Assembly (NCBI GenBank): GCA_902597725.1
Contig: CACJYQ010000001.1
Location: forward strand, 18,413-82,412
Length of the DNA: 64,000 nucleotides
Direction of reading: 5' to 3'
From: an uncultured Pelagibacteraceae bacterium
Lineage (GTDB): Bacteria; Pseudomonadota; Alphaproteobacteria; Pelagibacterales; Pelagibacteraceae
Shown here: positions 49,724 to 64,000 of the stretch, piece by piece
Position numbering within the stretch: position 1 is the stretch's first letter
Layout: every line of letters begins with the position of its first letter
Program-made: the position numbers and the translations under genes
The notes under the pieces: model-generated
Databases searched by the model: none
What the model was told of the DNA's origin: nothing
What the model saw: only the letters and a program-made list of their open reading frames with translations

Positions 49724-49761
49724 TTTTTTTTCTCACAATTCAATAATTAGCATTAATAATT

Positions 49762-50880
49762 ATGAATATTAAAGAGAATATAAAAACGCTTGTTATTAAA
49801 AAACCACTGAAACTTGATTGTGGTAAAACTATTAATAATTTTCCACTAGCGTATGAAACTTATGGTTCGCTTAATAAAAATAAAGATAATGCAATCCTTG
49901 TTTTTCATGCGCTTACTGGTGATCAATTTGTTACGGGTATTAATCCCGTTACAAAAAAAGATGGTTGGTGGTCTTATGCAGTAGGTCCTAACAAATCAAT
50001 AGATACAAATAAATATTTTGTTATTTGTGCAAATGTAATAGGTGGTTGTATGGGCTCATTTGGTCCAAGCCACAAAAATCCTGATACAAATAAAATTTAC
50101 GGAACCGATTTTCCTGTAATTACTATTAATGATATGGTCAACGCACAAGTAAATTTATTAGATCATTTTGAGATAAAAAAACTTTTTTCAGTTGTTGGTG
50201 GATCGATGGGGGGAATGCAAGTTTTGCAATTTATTAGTAATTATCCAGATAAAGCTAATACAGTAGTACCAATCGCATGTACCTCTAATCATTCTGCTCA
50301 AAATATTGCTTTTAATGAATTGGGTAGACAAGCGATAGCATCAGATCATAACTGGTCAGACGGAAAATATTTATCTAATAACACTCTTCCTGATAAAGGG
50401 TTATCAGTAGCGAGAATGGCTGCACATATAACCTATTTGTCTAAAAAAGGTTTACAAGAAAAATTTGGAAGAAAACTTCAAGAAAGAGATGCTCTTAAAT
50501 TTGGGTTTGATGCAGATTTTCAAATAGAGAGTTATTTAAGATATCAAGGATCGGTTTTTGTAGATCGATTTGATGCTAATAGTTATCTTTATATCACAAG
50601 AGCAATGGATTATTTTGATCTAGTTAAACAATTTGATGGTAATTTATCTAATGCATTTAAAAAAACTAAGGCTAAGTTTTTTATAATATCTTTTACCTCA
50701 GACTGGCTCTATCCGACCCAAGAAAATAAAGATATAGTTATCGCTCTTAATGCAATTGGTGCTGATGTTGGATTTGTTGAAATAAAATCTGACAAAGGTC
50801 ATGATTCTTTTTTATTAGATGTTCCAGACTTTTTGAAAACCCTTAAAAATTTTTTAGATAAATCTTACTCAGAGAGATAA
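49762..50880 (+). CDS. metX: Homoserine O-acetyltransferase
   Basis: HALTGD, GGSMGG, RFDANSY, SDWLYP, GHDSFL. Confidence 0.96.
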   Translation: MNIKENIKTLVIKKPLKLDCGKTINNFPLAYETYGSLNKNKDNAILVFHALTGDQFVTGINPVTKKDGWWSYAVGPNKSIDTNKYFVICANVIGGCMGSFGPSHKNPDTNKIYGTDFPVITINDMVNAQVNLLDHFEIKKLFSVVGGSMGGMQVLQFISNYPDKANTVVPIACTSNHSAQNIAFNELGRQAIASDHNWSDGKYLSNNTLPDKGLSVARMAAHITYLSKKGLQEKFGRKLQERDALKFGFDADFQIESYLRYQGSVFVDRFDANSYLYITRAMDYFDLVKQFDGNLSNAFKKTKAKFFIISFTSDWLYPTQENKDIVIALNAIGADVGFVEIKSDKGHDSFLLDVPDFLKTLKNFLDKSYSER

Positions 50881-50882
50881 TA

Positions 50883-51479
50883 GTGAAGACAGAATATAAA
50901 ATAATAGTCGATTTAATAGAAGAAAAAACAAGAGTTTTAGATGTTGGTTGTGATGATGGAACATTGATGGAGTCATTAAAAAAAGATAAAAATGTTGATG
51001 CGAGAGGAATTGAGATTTCAAAGGATAAAGTTCAAACCTGTGTATCAAAAGGACTTACTGTAATTGAAGGAAACGCGGAATTGGATTTAAAACAATTTCC
51101 AAATGATTCTTTTGATTATGTTGTTCTAGGTCAAACTTTACAAGCTTTCGTAAATCCTGAGATTGTTATAAAAGAACTTTTAAGAGTTGGAAAAAAAGCA
51201 ATCATTACAATTCCAAATTTTGGTCATTGGAAAGTAAGATTAAATTTACTTATCAAAGGAACAATGCCAATCACAGAATCATTACCAAATGATTGGTATA
51301 ACACTCCAAATATTCATATGTGTACGATTAAAGATTTTGTTAAATTTTCAAAAATTATAAACTTTAAAATCTTTAAATCTTTAGCTCTGACAAATAAAAA
51401 TATATCAAATATTAATAATTCTAATTTATTTTATAAAAATTTATTTGCAGAATTAGGTATATTCTTAATTGAAAAATAA
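50883..51479 (+). CDS. metW: Methionine biosynthesis protein MetW
   Basis: VLDVGC, PNFGHW, WYNTPNIH; follows metX. Confidence 0.93.
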   Translation: MKTEYKIIVDLIEEKTRVLDVGCDDGTLMESLKKDKNVDARGIEISKDKVQTCVSKGLTVIEGNAELDLKQFPNDSFDYVVLGQTLQAFVNPEIVIKELLRVGKKAIITIPNFGHWKVRLNLLIKGTMPITESLPNDWYNTPNIHMCTIKDFVKFSKIINFKIFKSLALTNKNISNINNSNLFYKNLFAELGIFLIEK

Positions 51480-51480
51480 G

Positions 51481-52200
51481 ATGAGAATAGAAATAATTAA
51501 GTGTTTACAAGACAATTATAGTTACCTGTTAATCGATGACACTAAAAAAATTGGATGTGTTGTTGACCCTGGTGAGGCAGCTCCAATTATAAAATATGTT
51601 GAAAGTAATAATATTGAGTTAAAATATATTCTTAATACTCATCATCATTATGATCATATAGGTGGCAACTTAGAATTAAAGAAAAGATATAATTCTAAAA
51701 TAGTTGGATTTAAAGAAGATAAAGATCGGATTCCAGAAATTGATGTACTTGTGGAAGATAATCAAAAATGGAAAGGCGAAAATTTTGAAGCGAAAATTTA
51801 TCACATTCCAGGTCATACAAGTGGGCATATTGCCTTTCATTTTTTTTTGGAAAAAATAATTTTTACTGGAGATACTTTATTTTCTTTAGGATGTGGTAGA
51901 ATTTTTGAGGGAACTTATGAACAGATGTTCAACTCATTAAAAAAAATAAAGGAACTTCCGAAAGATACTCGGATATATTGCGGCCATGAATATACATTAC
52001 AAAATTCAAAATTTTGTGAATCAAACGATCCTGATAATTCAAATTTGAAAAGCAAAATTGAAGAAATAAAAGAAAAAATAAAAAATGGCCATCCCACCAT
52101 TCCATCAATTTTATCTGATGAAATGGAATGTAATATATTTCTTAAAGCTAAAGATGTTGAAAGTTTTTCAAAATTAAGAGATTTAAAGGATAATTTTTGA
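51481..52200 (+). CDS. gloB: Hydroxyacylglutathione hydrolase (glyoxalase II)
   Basis: DNY, THHHYDHIGG, PGHT, GDTLF..GCGR, CGHEYT. Confidence 0.94.
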   Translation: MRIEIIKCLQDNYSYLLIDDTKKIGCVVDPGEAAPIIKYVESNNIELKYILNTHHHYDHIGGNLELKKRYNSKIVGFKEDKDRIPEIDVLVEDNQKWKGENFEAKIYHIPGHTSGHIAFHFFLEKIIFTGDTLFSLGCGRIFEGTYEQMFNSLKKIKELPKDTRIYCGHEYTLQNSKFCESNDPDNSNLKSKIEEIKEKIKNGHPTIPSILSDEMECNIFLKAKDVESFSKLRDLKDNF

Positions 52201-52210
52201 TTTATAAAAC

Positions 52211-52238
52211 TTGACTATAGGCTTGCTCAGACTATATT
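52211..52238 (+). promoter_or_regulatory. Sigma70-type promoter of rplU-rpmA
   Basis: TTGACT-N16-TATATT upstream of rplU. Confidence 0.55.
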
Positions 52239-52264
52239 GCCTTAACAAAATTTAGAGTATTTAT

Positions 52265-52663
52265 ATGTCATTCGCAGTCATAAAAACAGGTGGTAAACAA
52301 TACAAAGTGAAATCTGGAGAGATTTTGAAAATTGAGAAATTAACAGATATTAAAGCTAATTCAAAAATAGAATTTAATGAAATTTTAGCTTATGGAGATG
52401 ACAGTAAAATAGAAATTGGAGCCCCAATGGTAAATGGTGCAAAAGTTGAAGCTGACTTAATTAAAAATAGTAAAAACAGGACCGTATTAATTTTTAAAAA
52501 AAGAAGAAGACAAAACTCAAGAAGAAAAAATGGGCATAGACAGGAATATTCTATGATTAGAATAAATAAAATTTTTTCAAAAGATGGTAAAATTTTCTCA
52601 GAAGCTGAAAAAGTTTCTAAAGTAACAAAAAAAACAGAAACAAAAAAAGAGGCTAGTAAATAA
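52265..52663 (+). CDS. rplU: 50S ribosomal protein L21
   Basis: AVIKTGGKQYKV, KKRRR...GHRQ; charged C-terminal extension. Confidence 0.96.
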   Translation: MSFAVIKTGGKQYKVKSGEILKIEKLTDIKANSKIEFNEILAYGDDSKIEIGAPMVNGAKVEADLIKNSKNRTVLIFKKRRRQNSRRKNGHRQEYSMIRINKIFSKDGKIFSEAEKVSKVTKKTETKKEASK

Positions 52664-52676
52664 CTAGGAATTAACT

Positions 52677-52931
52677 ATGGCAACAAAAAAAGCAGGCGGA
52701 TCTTCTAGAAATGGACGTGATAGTGCTGGGCGAAGACTTGGTGTCAAAAAGTACGGTGGACAATCTGTTATCCCTGGAAACATTATTGTAAGACAAAGGG
52801 GTACAAAAATATTTCCTGGAGAAAATGTAGGAATGGGTAAAGATCACTCAATTTTTTCAGTAATAAAAGGTAAAGTAGTTTTTAAAAAAACAAAGTCAGA
52901 TAGAACTTTTGTTTCAGTAAAACCCAATTAA
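52677..52931 (+). CDS. rpmA: 50S ribosomal protein L27
   Basis: [24 protein letters not shown]. Confidence 0.98.
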   Translation: MATKKAGGSSRNGRDSAGRRLGVKKYGGQSVIPGNIIVRQRGTKIFPGENVGMGKDHSIFSVIKGKVVFKKTKSDRTFVSVKPN

Positions 52932-52934
52932 TAG

Positions 52935-55037
<2,103 letters not shown>

Positions 55038-55038
<1 letters not shown>

Positions 55039-56288
55039 TGAGAAAGATATTAATTAATATTGGTGAAAGATCAAAACAAGCGTTTGCTCAACCAATAAAT
55101 ACTTATAAAAAAAATAAAGTTTTAAGTGATTATCTTAAAATGATAAAAAAGAATAAGCATTTAATTCTCAAAGAAAATAAAAAAGATGTAGATCGAGCTA
55201 TCAAAATAAAGCTAAGAGATAATTTAATAAATCGATTAATTTTAAATGAAAAAAAAATCTTAGGTATTATTAATTCAATCAAAGAAATTATTAAGTTAAA
55301 AGATCCAGTTCATAATGTTGTTGAAAGATGGAAAAGACCTAATGGACTTATATTTTCAAAAATATCAATCCCGATAGGAGTAATAGGTATAATTTATGAA
55401 AGTAGACCAAATGTAACATCAGATGTAGCATCATTATGTTTTAAATCTGGAAATCCAGTTATTTTGAAAGGTGGTTCTGAGGCCTTTTATTCTAATAAAA
55501 TTTTATCAAATTTATTTAGAAAAGCTTTAAAGATTAATAAAGTTAATCAAAACTTTGTTCAATTTATCAATATAAAGAATAGAAAAGTGGTAGATTTTTT
55601 ACTCACTAAAATGACTAATTTTATTGATGTAATCATACCAAGAGGAGGTGGGAATTTAGTTAAAAAAGTACAAAAAATTTCTAAAATTCCAACTATTGGT
55701 CACTTAGAAGGTGTTTGTCATTCATATGTAGATAAAGATGCAGATCCCAAAATTGCTACCAAAGTAATAGTAAATGCAAAATTAAGAAATACAGCAATTT
55801 GTGGAGCAACTGAAACAATTTTGCTTAATGAGCGTATAATCAAAAAGTTCGGAGCTCATATATTAAAGATATTAGAGGAAAAAGGTTGTCAAATTGTTGG
55901 CGATAATAAAATACGAAAAATTTATAAAGGTAAAATCAAAAAAGCATCAATCAAAGATTGGTCAAAAGAATATTTATCTGCTACCGTATCTGTAAGATCA
56001 GTCAAAAACTTACAAGAGGCTATTTCTCATATTAATAAATATGGAACTATGCATACTGATTGTATCATTACTAAAAACAAAAAAACCGCTAAAAAATTTT
56101 TAATGGGAGTTAAAAGTTCAATAGCAATGCACAATACATCTACGCAATTTGCAGATGGTGGTGAATTTGGATTTGGTGGTGAGGTTGGAATTTCGACAAA
56201 TGTTCTTCCACCAAGAGGCCCTGTAGGACTTAAGCAACTAGTTTCTTACAAATATCAAGTAACAAGTAATGGTAAAATTAGAAAGTAA
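55038..56288 (+). CDS. proA: Glutamate-5-semialdehyde dehydrogenase
   Basis: IYESRPNVT, LKGGSEA, IPRGG, FADGGEFG, RGPVGL. Confidence 0.96.
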
Positions 56289-56811
56289 ATTGATTACAAG
56301 AATAAACAAAATTGGGATCCTAGGTGGATCTTTCGATCCTGCACACAAAGGTCACTTAACAATCTCAAAAGAGGCAATTAAAAGATTTCATTTACGAAAT
56401 GTTATTTGGGCAATAACAAAAAAAAATCCTTTTAAAAAGAAGACCTATACAACTTTGGATAATAGAATCAAGCACTGCAAAAAGATTATTGGATCAAGTA
56501 AATTGATAAAAGTAAAATTTTATGAAGATGCAATTAAATCGAATAAAACTTTCGATTTAATAAATCATATTTCGAAGAACAAAAAAAATGAAATTTATTT
56601 TATAATGGGGGCTGATAATTTAATAAAATTTCATAAATGGCATAAATGGAAATTAATTTCACAGAAATGTAAAATAATAGTATTTGATAGGCATGGTTAT
56701 AAAAAAAAATCGATAAATTCAACTACATATAAAAGATTAAATAGAGAAAATTTGAAATTTATTGAATTTAAAAAGGTCAATATTTCTTCTTCTCAATTGA
56801 GAAAAATTTGA
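56269..56811 (+). CDS. nadD: Nicotinate-nucleotide adenylyltransferase
   Basis: GGSFDPAHKGH, MGADN, ISSS. Confidence 0.92.
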   Translation: MVKLESKLITRINKIGILGGSFDPAHKGHLTISKEAIKRFHLRNVIWAITKKNPFKKKTYTTLDNRIKHCKKIIGSSKLIKVKFYEDAIKSNKTFDLINHISKNKKNEIYFIMGADNLIKFHKWHKWKLISQKCKIIVFDRHGYKKKSINSTTYKRLNRENLKFIEFKKVNISSSQLRKI

Positions 56812-56828
56812 TAAGGTTTAATTAATTA

Positions 56829-57179
56829 ATGGACAAAATTTCTGATTTAAAAAAAATCATAATTCAAACTTTAGATATCAATAAAGCTTTAGACATTGTT
56901 AGCATCGATCTTAAAGATAAAAGTTCGATGGCAGAATACATGATTATTGCAAGTGGTACATCATCTAGACATATTCAGTCACTTTCTGAGCAAGTTTTAG
57001 AAAAATTCAAAGATTATGGAATGAAAGATTCAAAAATCGAGGGAAAAGATAGTACCGAGTGGAAACTGGTGGATGGAATAGATTTGATTGTCCATATATT
57101 TCATCCAGAAAAAAGAAAATTTTATGAACTAGAAAAAATGTGGTCAGAGTTTATTCCAAAAGAAAAGCTTATAATATGA
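56829..57179 (+). CDS. rsfS: Ribosome silencing factor
   Basis: IASGTSSRH, WKLVD, VHIF, RKFYELEKMW. Confidence 0.94.
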   Translation: MDKISDLKKIIIQTLDINKALDIVSIDLKDKSSMAEYMIIASGTSSRHIQSLSEQVLEKFKDYGMKDSKIEGKDSTEWKLVDGIDLIVHIFHPEKRKFYELEKMWSEFIPKEKLII

Positions 57180-58315
57180 GGAAAATTTTTTTTATCATAG
57201 GTATATTTTTTCTTAAGTTTTTAACTTTGAGTCCTGTTGTTGCAGCTGAAAATGATGTCTATAAAAAAATTGACTTATTTGGAGAAGTATTAGAAAAAAT
57301 TAATAAAGAATATGTCGAAGAAATAAATCAATCTGAAAGTATGGATGCTGCAATTGATGGTTTGCTTCAATCACTAGATCCTTACTCGGCATATATGTCA
57401 CCTGAAATTTTAAATGAAATGCAGACTGAAACAAGTGGTGAATTTGGTGGTTTAGGAATAGAAGTAAATATGGAGTCTGGGGTTGTTAAAGTAATTTCCC
57501 CTATTGATGACACTCCAGCATCTAGAGCTGGAATTAAAGCTGGTGACTATATCATAAAGATAGATGATATTCAGGTACAAGGTAAATCTCTAAGTGAGGC
57601 TGTAGACTTGATGAGAGGACCTGTAGGTTCATCAATTATTTTAACTGTGAGAAGAATAGGACAAAAAAAAGCTTTAACATTTGAAATTGAAAGAGAAATA
57701 ATTCAAATTAAATCAGTTAAAGCTGATCTTTTAAAAAATAATGTTGGTTATCTTAGATTAACTTCTTTCAATGAAAATAGTGGTGATCAAATAAGAGAGC
57801 AAATTAGAGAATTTGAAAAAAAAGAAAACATAAATTCATATATACTAGATTTAAGAAATAATCCTGGAGGTTTGTTATCTCAAGCTATAAAGATATCAGA
57901 TTTTTTTTTAGATAATGGGGAGATTGTATCTACCAAAAGTAGAAAGGCATCTGAGAATAGAAAATGGTTTGCCAAAAAAGGAGATTTGATAGGCGGCAAA
58001 ACTTTGGTTGTATTAATTAATTACGGTTCTGCATCTGCTTCAGAAATAGTTGCTGGAGCACTACAAGATCATAAAAGAGCAATTATTTTAGGCGAAAATA
58101 GTTATGGAAAGGGTTCAGTGCAATCAATTATTCCACTAAAGAATAAAGGAGCAATAAGACTCACTGTTGCAAAATATTACCTACCGTCGGGCAAATCAAT
58201 TTCTGAAGTTGGAGTAAGTCCTGATATTGAGATTGATGAAGATACGGATGAATTTAGGATTAAGACAGACACCGATAATCAACTAAGCTACGCATTAAAA
58301 CTTTTAAACGGTTAA
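57176..58315 (+). CDS. ctpA: Carboxyl-terminal processing protease (S41)
   Basis: LDPYS, GGLGIE PDZ, DLRNNPGG, SASASEIVAG, GKGSVQ; ATGA overlap with rsfS. Confidence 0.92.
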   Translation: MRKIFFIIGIFFLKFLTLSPVVAAENDVYKKIDLFGEVLEKINKEYVEEINQSESMDAAIDGLLQSLDPYSAYMSPEILNEMQTETSGEFGGLGIEVNMESGVVKVISPIDDTPASRAGIKAGDYIIKIDDIQVQGKSLSEAVDLMRGPVGSSIILTVRRIGQKKALTFEIEREIIQIKSVKADLLKNNVGYLRLTSFNENSGDQIREQIREFEKKENINSYILDLRNNPGGLLSQAIKISDFFLDNGEIVSTKSRKASENRKWFAKKGDLIGGKTLVVLINYGSASASEIVAGALQDHKRAIILGENSYGKGSVQSIIPLKNKGAIRLTVAKYYLPSGKSISEVGVSPDIEIDEDTDEFRIKTDTDNQLSYALKLLNG

Positions 58316-58801
58316 ATGAAAGAACAATATAAATATCTGCCACTTCGTAGTGGTGTAGGCATTGTTGTACTTAATCAAGAAGATAAAATTTTCGTTGCAA
58401 GAAGAATAGACAACCCAAAAAACTTCTGGCAAATGCCACAAGGAGGTATTGATAAAGGTGAGGATTTTCTTACTGCCGCATACAGGGAGTTAAAGGAAGA
58501 GACTAGTATTACAAAAGTAGAGCTAATCAAAGAATTAGATGGTTTTATAACATATGAATTACCAGATCACTTATTGGGTAAAATTTGGAGGGGTAAGTAT
58601 AAGGGACAAAAACAGAAGTGGTTTATAATGAAGTTTACTGGAGAGGATAGTGAAATAAATATTAAAACAAAAAAACCTGAATTTCTTGAGTGGAAATGGA
58701 TTGATTTGGAGTCCTTAACAAAAATTGTGGTAGATTTTAAATTACACGTTTACCAAGAAATTAAAAAAAAATTAGAGTTATTATTAATTAATCGATCTTA
58801 G
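58316..58801 (+). CDS. rppH: RNA pyrophosphohydrolase
   Basis: WQMPQGGID...RELKEET Nudix box, GQKQKWF. Confidence 0.93.
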   Translation: MKEQYKYLPLRSGVGIVVLNQEDKIFVARRIDNPKNFWQMPQGGIDKGEDFLTAAYRELKEETSITKVELIKELDGFITYELPDHLLGKIWRGKYKGQKQKWFIMKFTGEDSEINIKTKKPEFLEWKWIDLESLTKIVVDFKLHVYQEIKKKLELLLINRS

Positions 58802-59175
58802 AACTTCGACTTTTTGATCTGCTAAATATTTAGCCTGATCACTGATCTCAGATTTACTTGCTTCCGCTTCAGCTTTTTTGAGCAAATCCCCTTGTTTAGA
58901 TTTATCTAAATCTGTTACAGAGATTATGGTGCTTGTTAAGATAGATAGATTATTATTTTTAAATTCAATAATTCCATCCTCTACATAATAATTTTCTTCA
59001 CCTGATTTCGAAAATACTTTAATTATCCCAGGTTTTAAAAAAGAAATAATAGATATGTGATCTTTTAAAATCCCCATTTCGCCCTCAAATGCAGGTACAA
59101 CAACCTCTATAACATCCTCTTTAACTAAAAAAGATTTTTCCGGGTTTACAATTTCAATTTTAAATTCTTCACTCA

Positions 59176-59176
<1 letters not shown>
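58784..59176 (-). CDS. atpC: ATP synthase epsilon subunit
   Basis: IVNPE, GEMGILKDH, LKPG; last gene of atp operon. Confidence 0.92.
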
Positions 59177-61469
<2,293 letters not shown>

Positions 61470-61475
61470 ATTATG

Positions 61476-63011
61476 TTAAGATTTAAAGGTTCCTTTCAGC
61501 TGTGTAATTACTTCTACCAAAAGCTTTTCTTTGTCTTCATCAAGTTTTCCAGTGCTTTGAATTGCTTCAATTATTTCAGGTTTATCTGATTTACATTTAT
61601 TAATAATTTTACTTTCAAACTCCGATACATCTTTTAAATCAATATCATCGAGGTATCCTTTAACGCCGCAGAAAACTGATATTACTTGCTCAGCAACAGT
61701 CAATGGTGAGTATTGTTTTTGTTTTAGAAGTTCAGTTAGTTTTGAGCCCCTATTTAAAAGTTGTTGTGTAGATGCATCCAAATCAGATCCAAATTGGGCA
61801 AATGCTGCCATTTCTCTATATTGTGCTAATTCTAGTTTCATCGATCCCGAAACTTTTTTCATAGCTTTTGTTTGAGCTGATGATCCAACTCTAGATACTG
61901 ATAATCCAACGTTAATTGCTGGTCTTATACCTTGATTAAATAATTCTGTTTCTAGGAATATTTGACCATCAGTAATTGAAATTACATTGGTAGGAATAAA
62001 TGCAGAAACATCTCCTCCTTGCGTTTCAATAATTGGAAGTGCCGTCAATGAACCGCCGCCGTGCTCGTCGCTTAACTTTGCGGCTCTTTCAAGTAATCTA
62101 CTATGTAGATAAAATACATCTCCCGGATAAGCTTCACGGCCTGGAGGTCTTCTCAATAATAGAGACATTTGTCTGTACGCAACAGCTTGTTTAGATAAAT
62201 CATCATAAATAATTAGTGCATGCATTCCATTATCTCTAAAATACTCACCCATAGCACATCCTGTATATGGGGCTAAAAATTGTAATGGGGCAGAATCTGA
62301 TGCTGTAGCTGCAACAATAGTTGTATACTCCATTGCACCTGCTTCTTCTAAAGTTTTTTGAATTTGTCTTACTGTTGATCTTTTCTGTCCAATTGCAACA
62401 TAAATACAATATAATTTTTGCTTTTCATCGCCAGATTCATTTATTTTTTTTTGATTAATAATTGCATCAACAGCAACTGCGGTTTTACCTGTTTGTCTAT
62501 CACCAATAATTAATTCCCTTTGACCTCTTCCAATTGGAACCAAGCTATCTATTGATTTTAATCCGGTTTGCATTGGTTCATTGACTGATTGACGAGGAAT
62601 AATTCCTGGCGCTTTCACTTCTACTCTAGTTTTTTTAATACTTTTATCGAATGGACCTTTACCATCAATAGGATTGCCTAAACCGTCTACAACTCTTCCT
62701 AACAACTCCTTTCCAACAGGAGTATCAACAATGTTACCCGTACGTTTTACTACATCACCCTCTTTTACATTTCTATCATCACCAAAAATTACAACACCAA
62801 CATTTTCACTTTCTAAGTTAAGAGCCATCCCTTTTGATCCATCTGCAAATTCCACCATTTCACCTGCTTGTACATTGTCCAAACCATAAATTCTTGCGAT
62901 ACCATCTCCAACTGATAATACCTGCCCTACTTCTGCAACTTCAGCTTTTTCACCAAAATTTTTGATTTGTTCTTTTAATATTTTTGTAACTTCTGAAGGA
63001 TTTATTTCCAT
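61476..63011 (-). CDS. atpA: ATP synthase alpha subunit
   Basis: [24 protein letters not shown]. Confidence 0.99.
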   Translation of the reverse strand: MEINPSEVTKILKEQIKNFGEKAEVAEVGQVLSVGDGIARIYGLDNVQAGEMVEFADGSKGMALNLESENVGVVIFGDDRNVKEGDVVKRTGNIVDTPVGKELLGRVVDGLGNPIDGKGPFDKSIKKTRVEVKAPGIIPRQSVNEPMQTGLKSIDSLVPIGRGQRELIIGDRQTGKTAVAVDAIINQKKINESGDEKQKLYCIYVAIGQKRSTVRQIQKTLEEAGAMEYTTIVAATASDSAPLQFLAPYTGCAMGEYFRDNGMHALIIYDDLSKQAVAYRQMSLLLRRPPGREAYPGDVFYLHSRLLERAAKLSDEHGGGSLTALPIIETQGGDVSAFIPTNVISITDGQIFLETELFNQGIRPAINVGLSVSRVGSSAQTKAMKKVSGSMKLELAQYREMAAFAQFGSDLDASTQQLLNRGSKLTELLKQKQYSPLTVAEQVISVFCGVKGYLDDIDLKDVSEFESKIINKCKSDKPEIIEAIQSTGKLDEDKEKLLVEVITQLKGTFKS

Positions 63012-63569
63012 CTATGCCTCTATCATTCTATTTTCGATTTGCTGTAATTTATTTTTAATTGAGGAATCAACCATAGTACTTCCAACTTGGACTACCAGGC
63101 CTCCTATTAAACTTTCATCGTATTTATAGTTTAATTTTATTTTAGAGCTAAAATTTGTTGATAACTCATCTGTAATTTTTTTAATTTCATCACTTGATAA
63201 TTTTTTTGCTGATTTCAATTCAGCTATAAGCTCACCCCTTTTTTTTGAACAAATTTCAATAAAACTTTTAAGAATTCGCTCTATGAAAAAGAAACGTCTT
63301 TTTTTAATTAAGAAATTCAAAAAATTTTTAAATAAATCATCAAATTTATTAATAGCAGCTATTTTATTTATCACTTTTGAGAGATCCTCTTGGCTAGTAG
63401 TGGGATCTTTAATTAAATTAAAAAAATCTTTACTTTGACTAATCAGATTTAATACAGATAAAGATTGTTCTTCAATCTGGCTTAATAAATTATTTTCTTC
63501 TGAAAGCTCAAAAAGTGCAAGAGAATACCTTTCAGCAGATGAAATTGAAAATCCTGTATCTTTGCTCAA
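63012..63569 (-). CDS. atpH: ATP synthase delta subunit
   Basis: AERYSLALF, LIGGLVVQVG..VDSS; TTG start with AGGA SD. Confidence 0.95.
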   Translation of the reverse strand: MSKDTGFSISSAERYSLALFELSEENNLLSQIEEQSLSVLNLISQSKDFFNLIKDPTTSQEDLSKVINKIAAINKFDDLFKNFLNFLIKKRRFFFIERILKSFIEICSKKRGELIAELKSAKKLSSDEIKKITDELSTNFSSKIKLNYKYDESLIGGLVVQVGSTMVDSSIKNKLQQIENRMIEA

Positions 63570-63677
63570 CTTGTTTCCTATATAATGTTGAAGATTATTA
63601 AAAATTCAGGCTTTAATTAACATATGACCCTTGTGTCTTCAAGTGACTGATATGTCAAAAATGCCTCTTTTTATTGA

Positions 63678-64000
63678 TTAATTGAAGTTTATTGGATCAA
63701 CATCAACTGAAAGTTTTATTCCCTTAAAAAATTTATATTTTGGAATAATTTTAGCTAAAGAATTCTGCATTTTCATAGATTTTGATCCTCTTATCAAAAG
63801 TCTTATTCTAAATTTTTTTTTTATTCTAAATATTGGTGCATTCACAGGTCCTAAAATTTTTCCGTTAATTTTGTTTTCAATAAAATTCTTAAAGTTAAAA
63901 GCTTCTTTCTCTAATTTTTTTTCATTTTCTCCAGTAAGAATTAAGGAAATAAATCTTTGATAAGGAGGAAGTTTATTTTTTTTTCTTATTTCTAACTCTC
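63678..64000 (-). CDS. priA: Primosomal protein N' (PriA), 3' end only (partial)
   Basis: Minus frame reads ELEIRKKNKLPPYQRF...ILGPVNAPI...RIRLLI...SVDVDPINFN-stop. Confidence 0.92.
   Translation of the reverse strand, partial: ELEIRKKNKLPPYQRFISLILTGENEKKLEKEAFNFKNFIENKINGKILGPVNAPIFRIKKKFRIRLLIRGSKSMKMQNSLAKIIPKYKFFKGIKLSVDVDPINFN

Noticed and set aside
63682-63960. 92-aa plus-strand ORF
   Set aside because: Antisense to the priA 3' end on the minus strand

Overview
Very AT-rich, extremely compact alphaproteobacterial core-genome segment. Gene content (class I LysRS, ChvG/ChvI, RegA, SAM-II riboswitch before metX), tiny or negative intergenic spacers and Lys/Ile/Asn-rich proteins point to SAR11/Pelagibacterales (inference). 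It runs from the 3' end of groEL through typA, tldD-pmbA, cfa, ptrB, hsp20, a purine salvage pair, msrA-sseA-RND efflux, chvI-chvG-ahcY-tsaE-amgK-murU, polA, a three-gene polyamine operon, lysS, ampG, metXW, rplU-rpmA-obgE-proBA-nadD-rsfS-ctpA-rppH and atpHAGDC to the 3' end of priA. I saw no rRNA, tRNA, CRISPR, mobile element, prophage or defence island. Best leads: (1) a decarboxylase + deoxyhypusine-synthase-like + agmatinase operon, probably an agmatine-based homospermidine route; (2) an RND adaptor with no alpha-helical hairpin; (3) an uncalled 38-aa basic, probably leaderless ORF between groEL and typA; (4) a SAM-II aptamer followed directly by U8; (5) a sigma32 promoter plus minimal ROSE-like thermometer before hsp20; (6) an orphan protein with a very Lys-rich N-terminus and long coiled coil. 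Family calls come from motif recognition only; no database searches were run.
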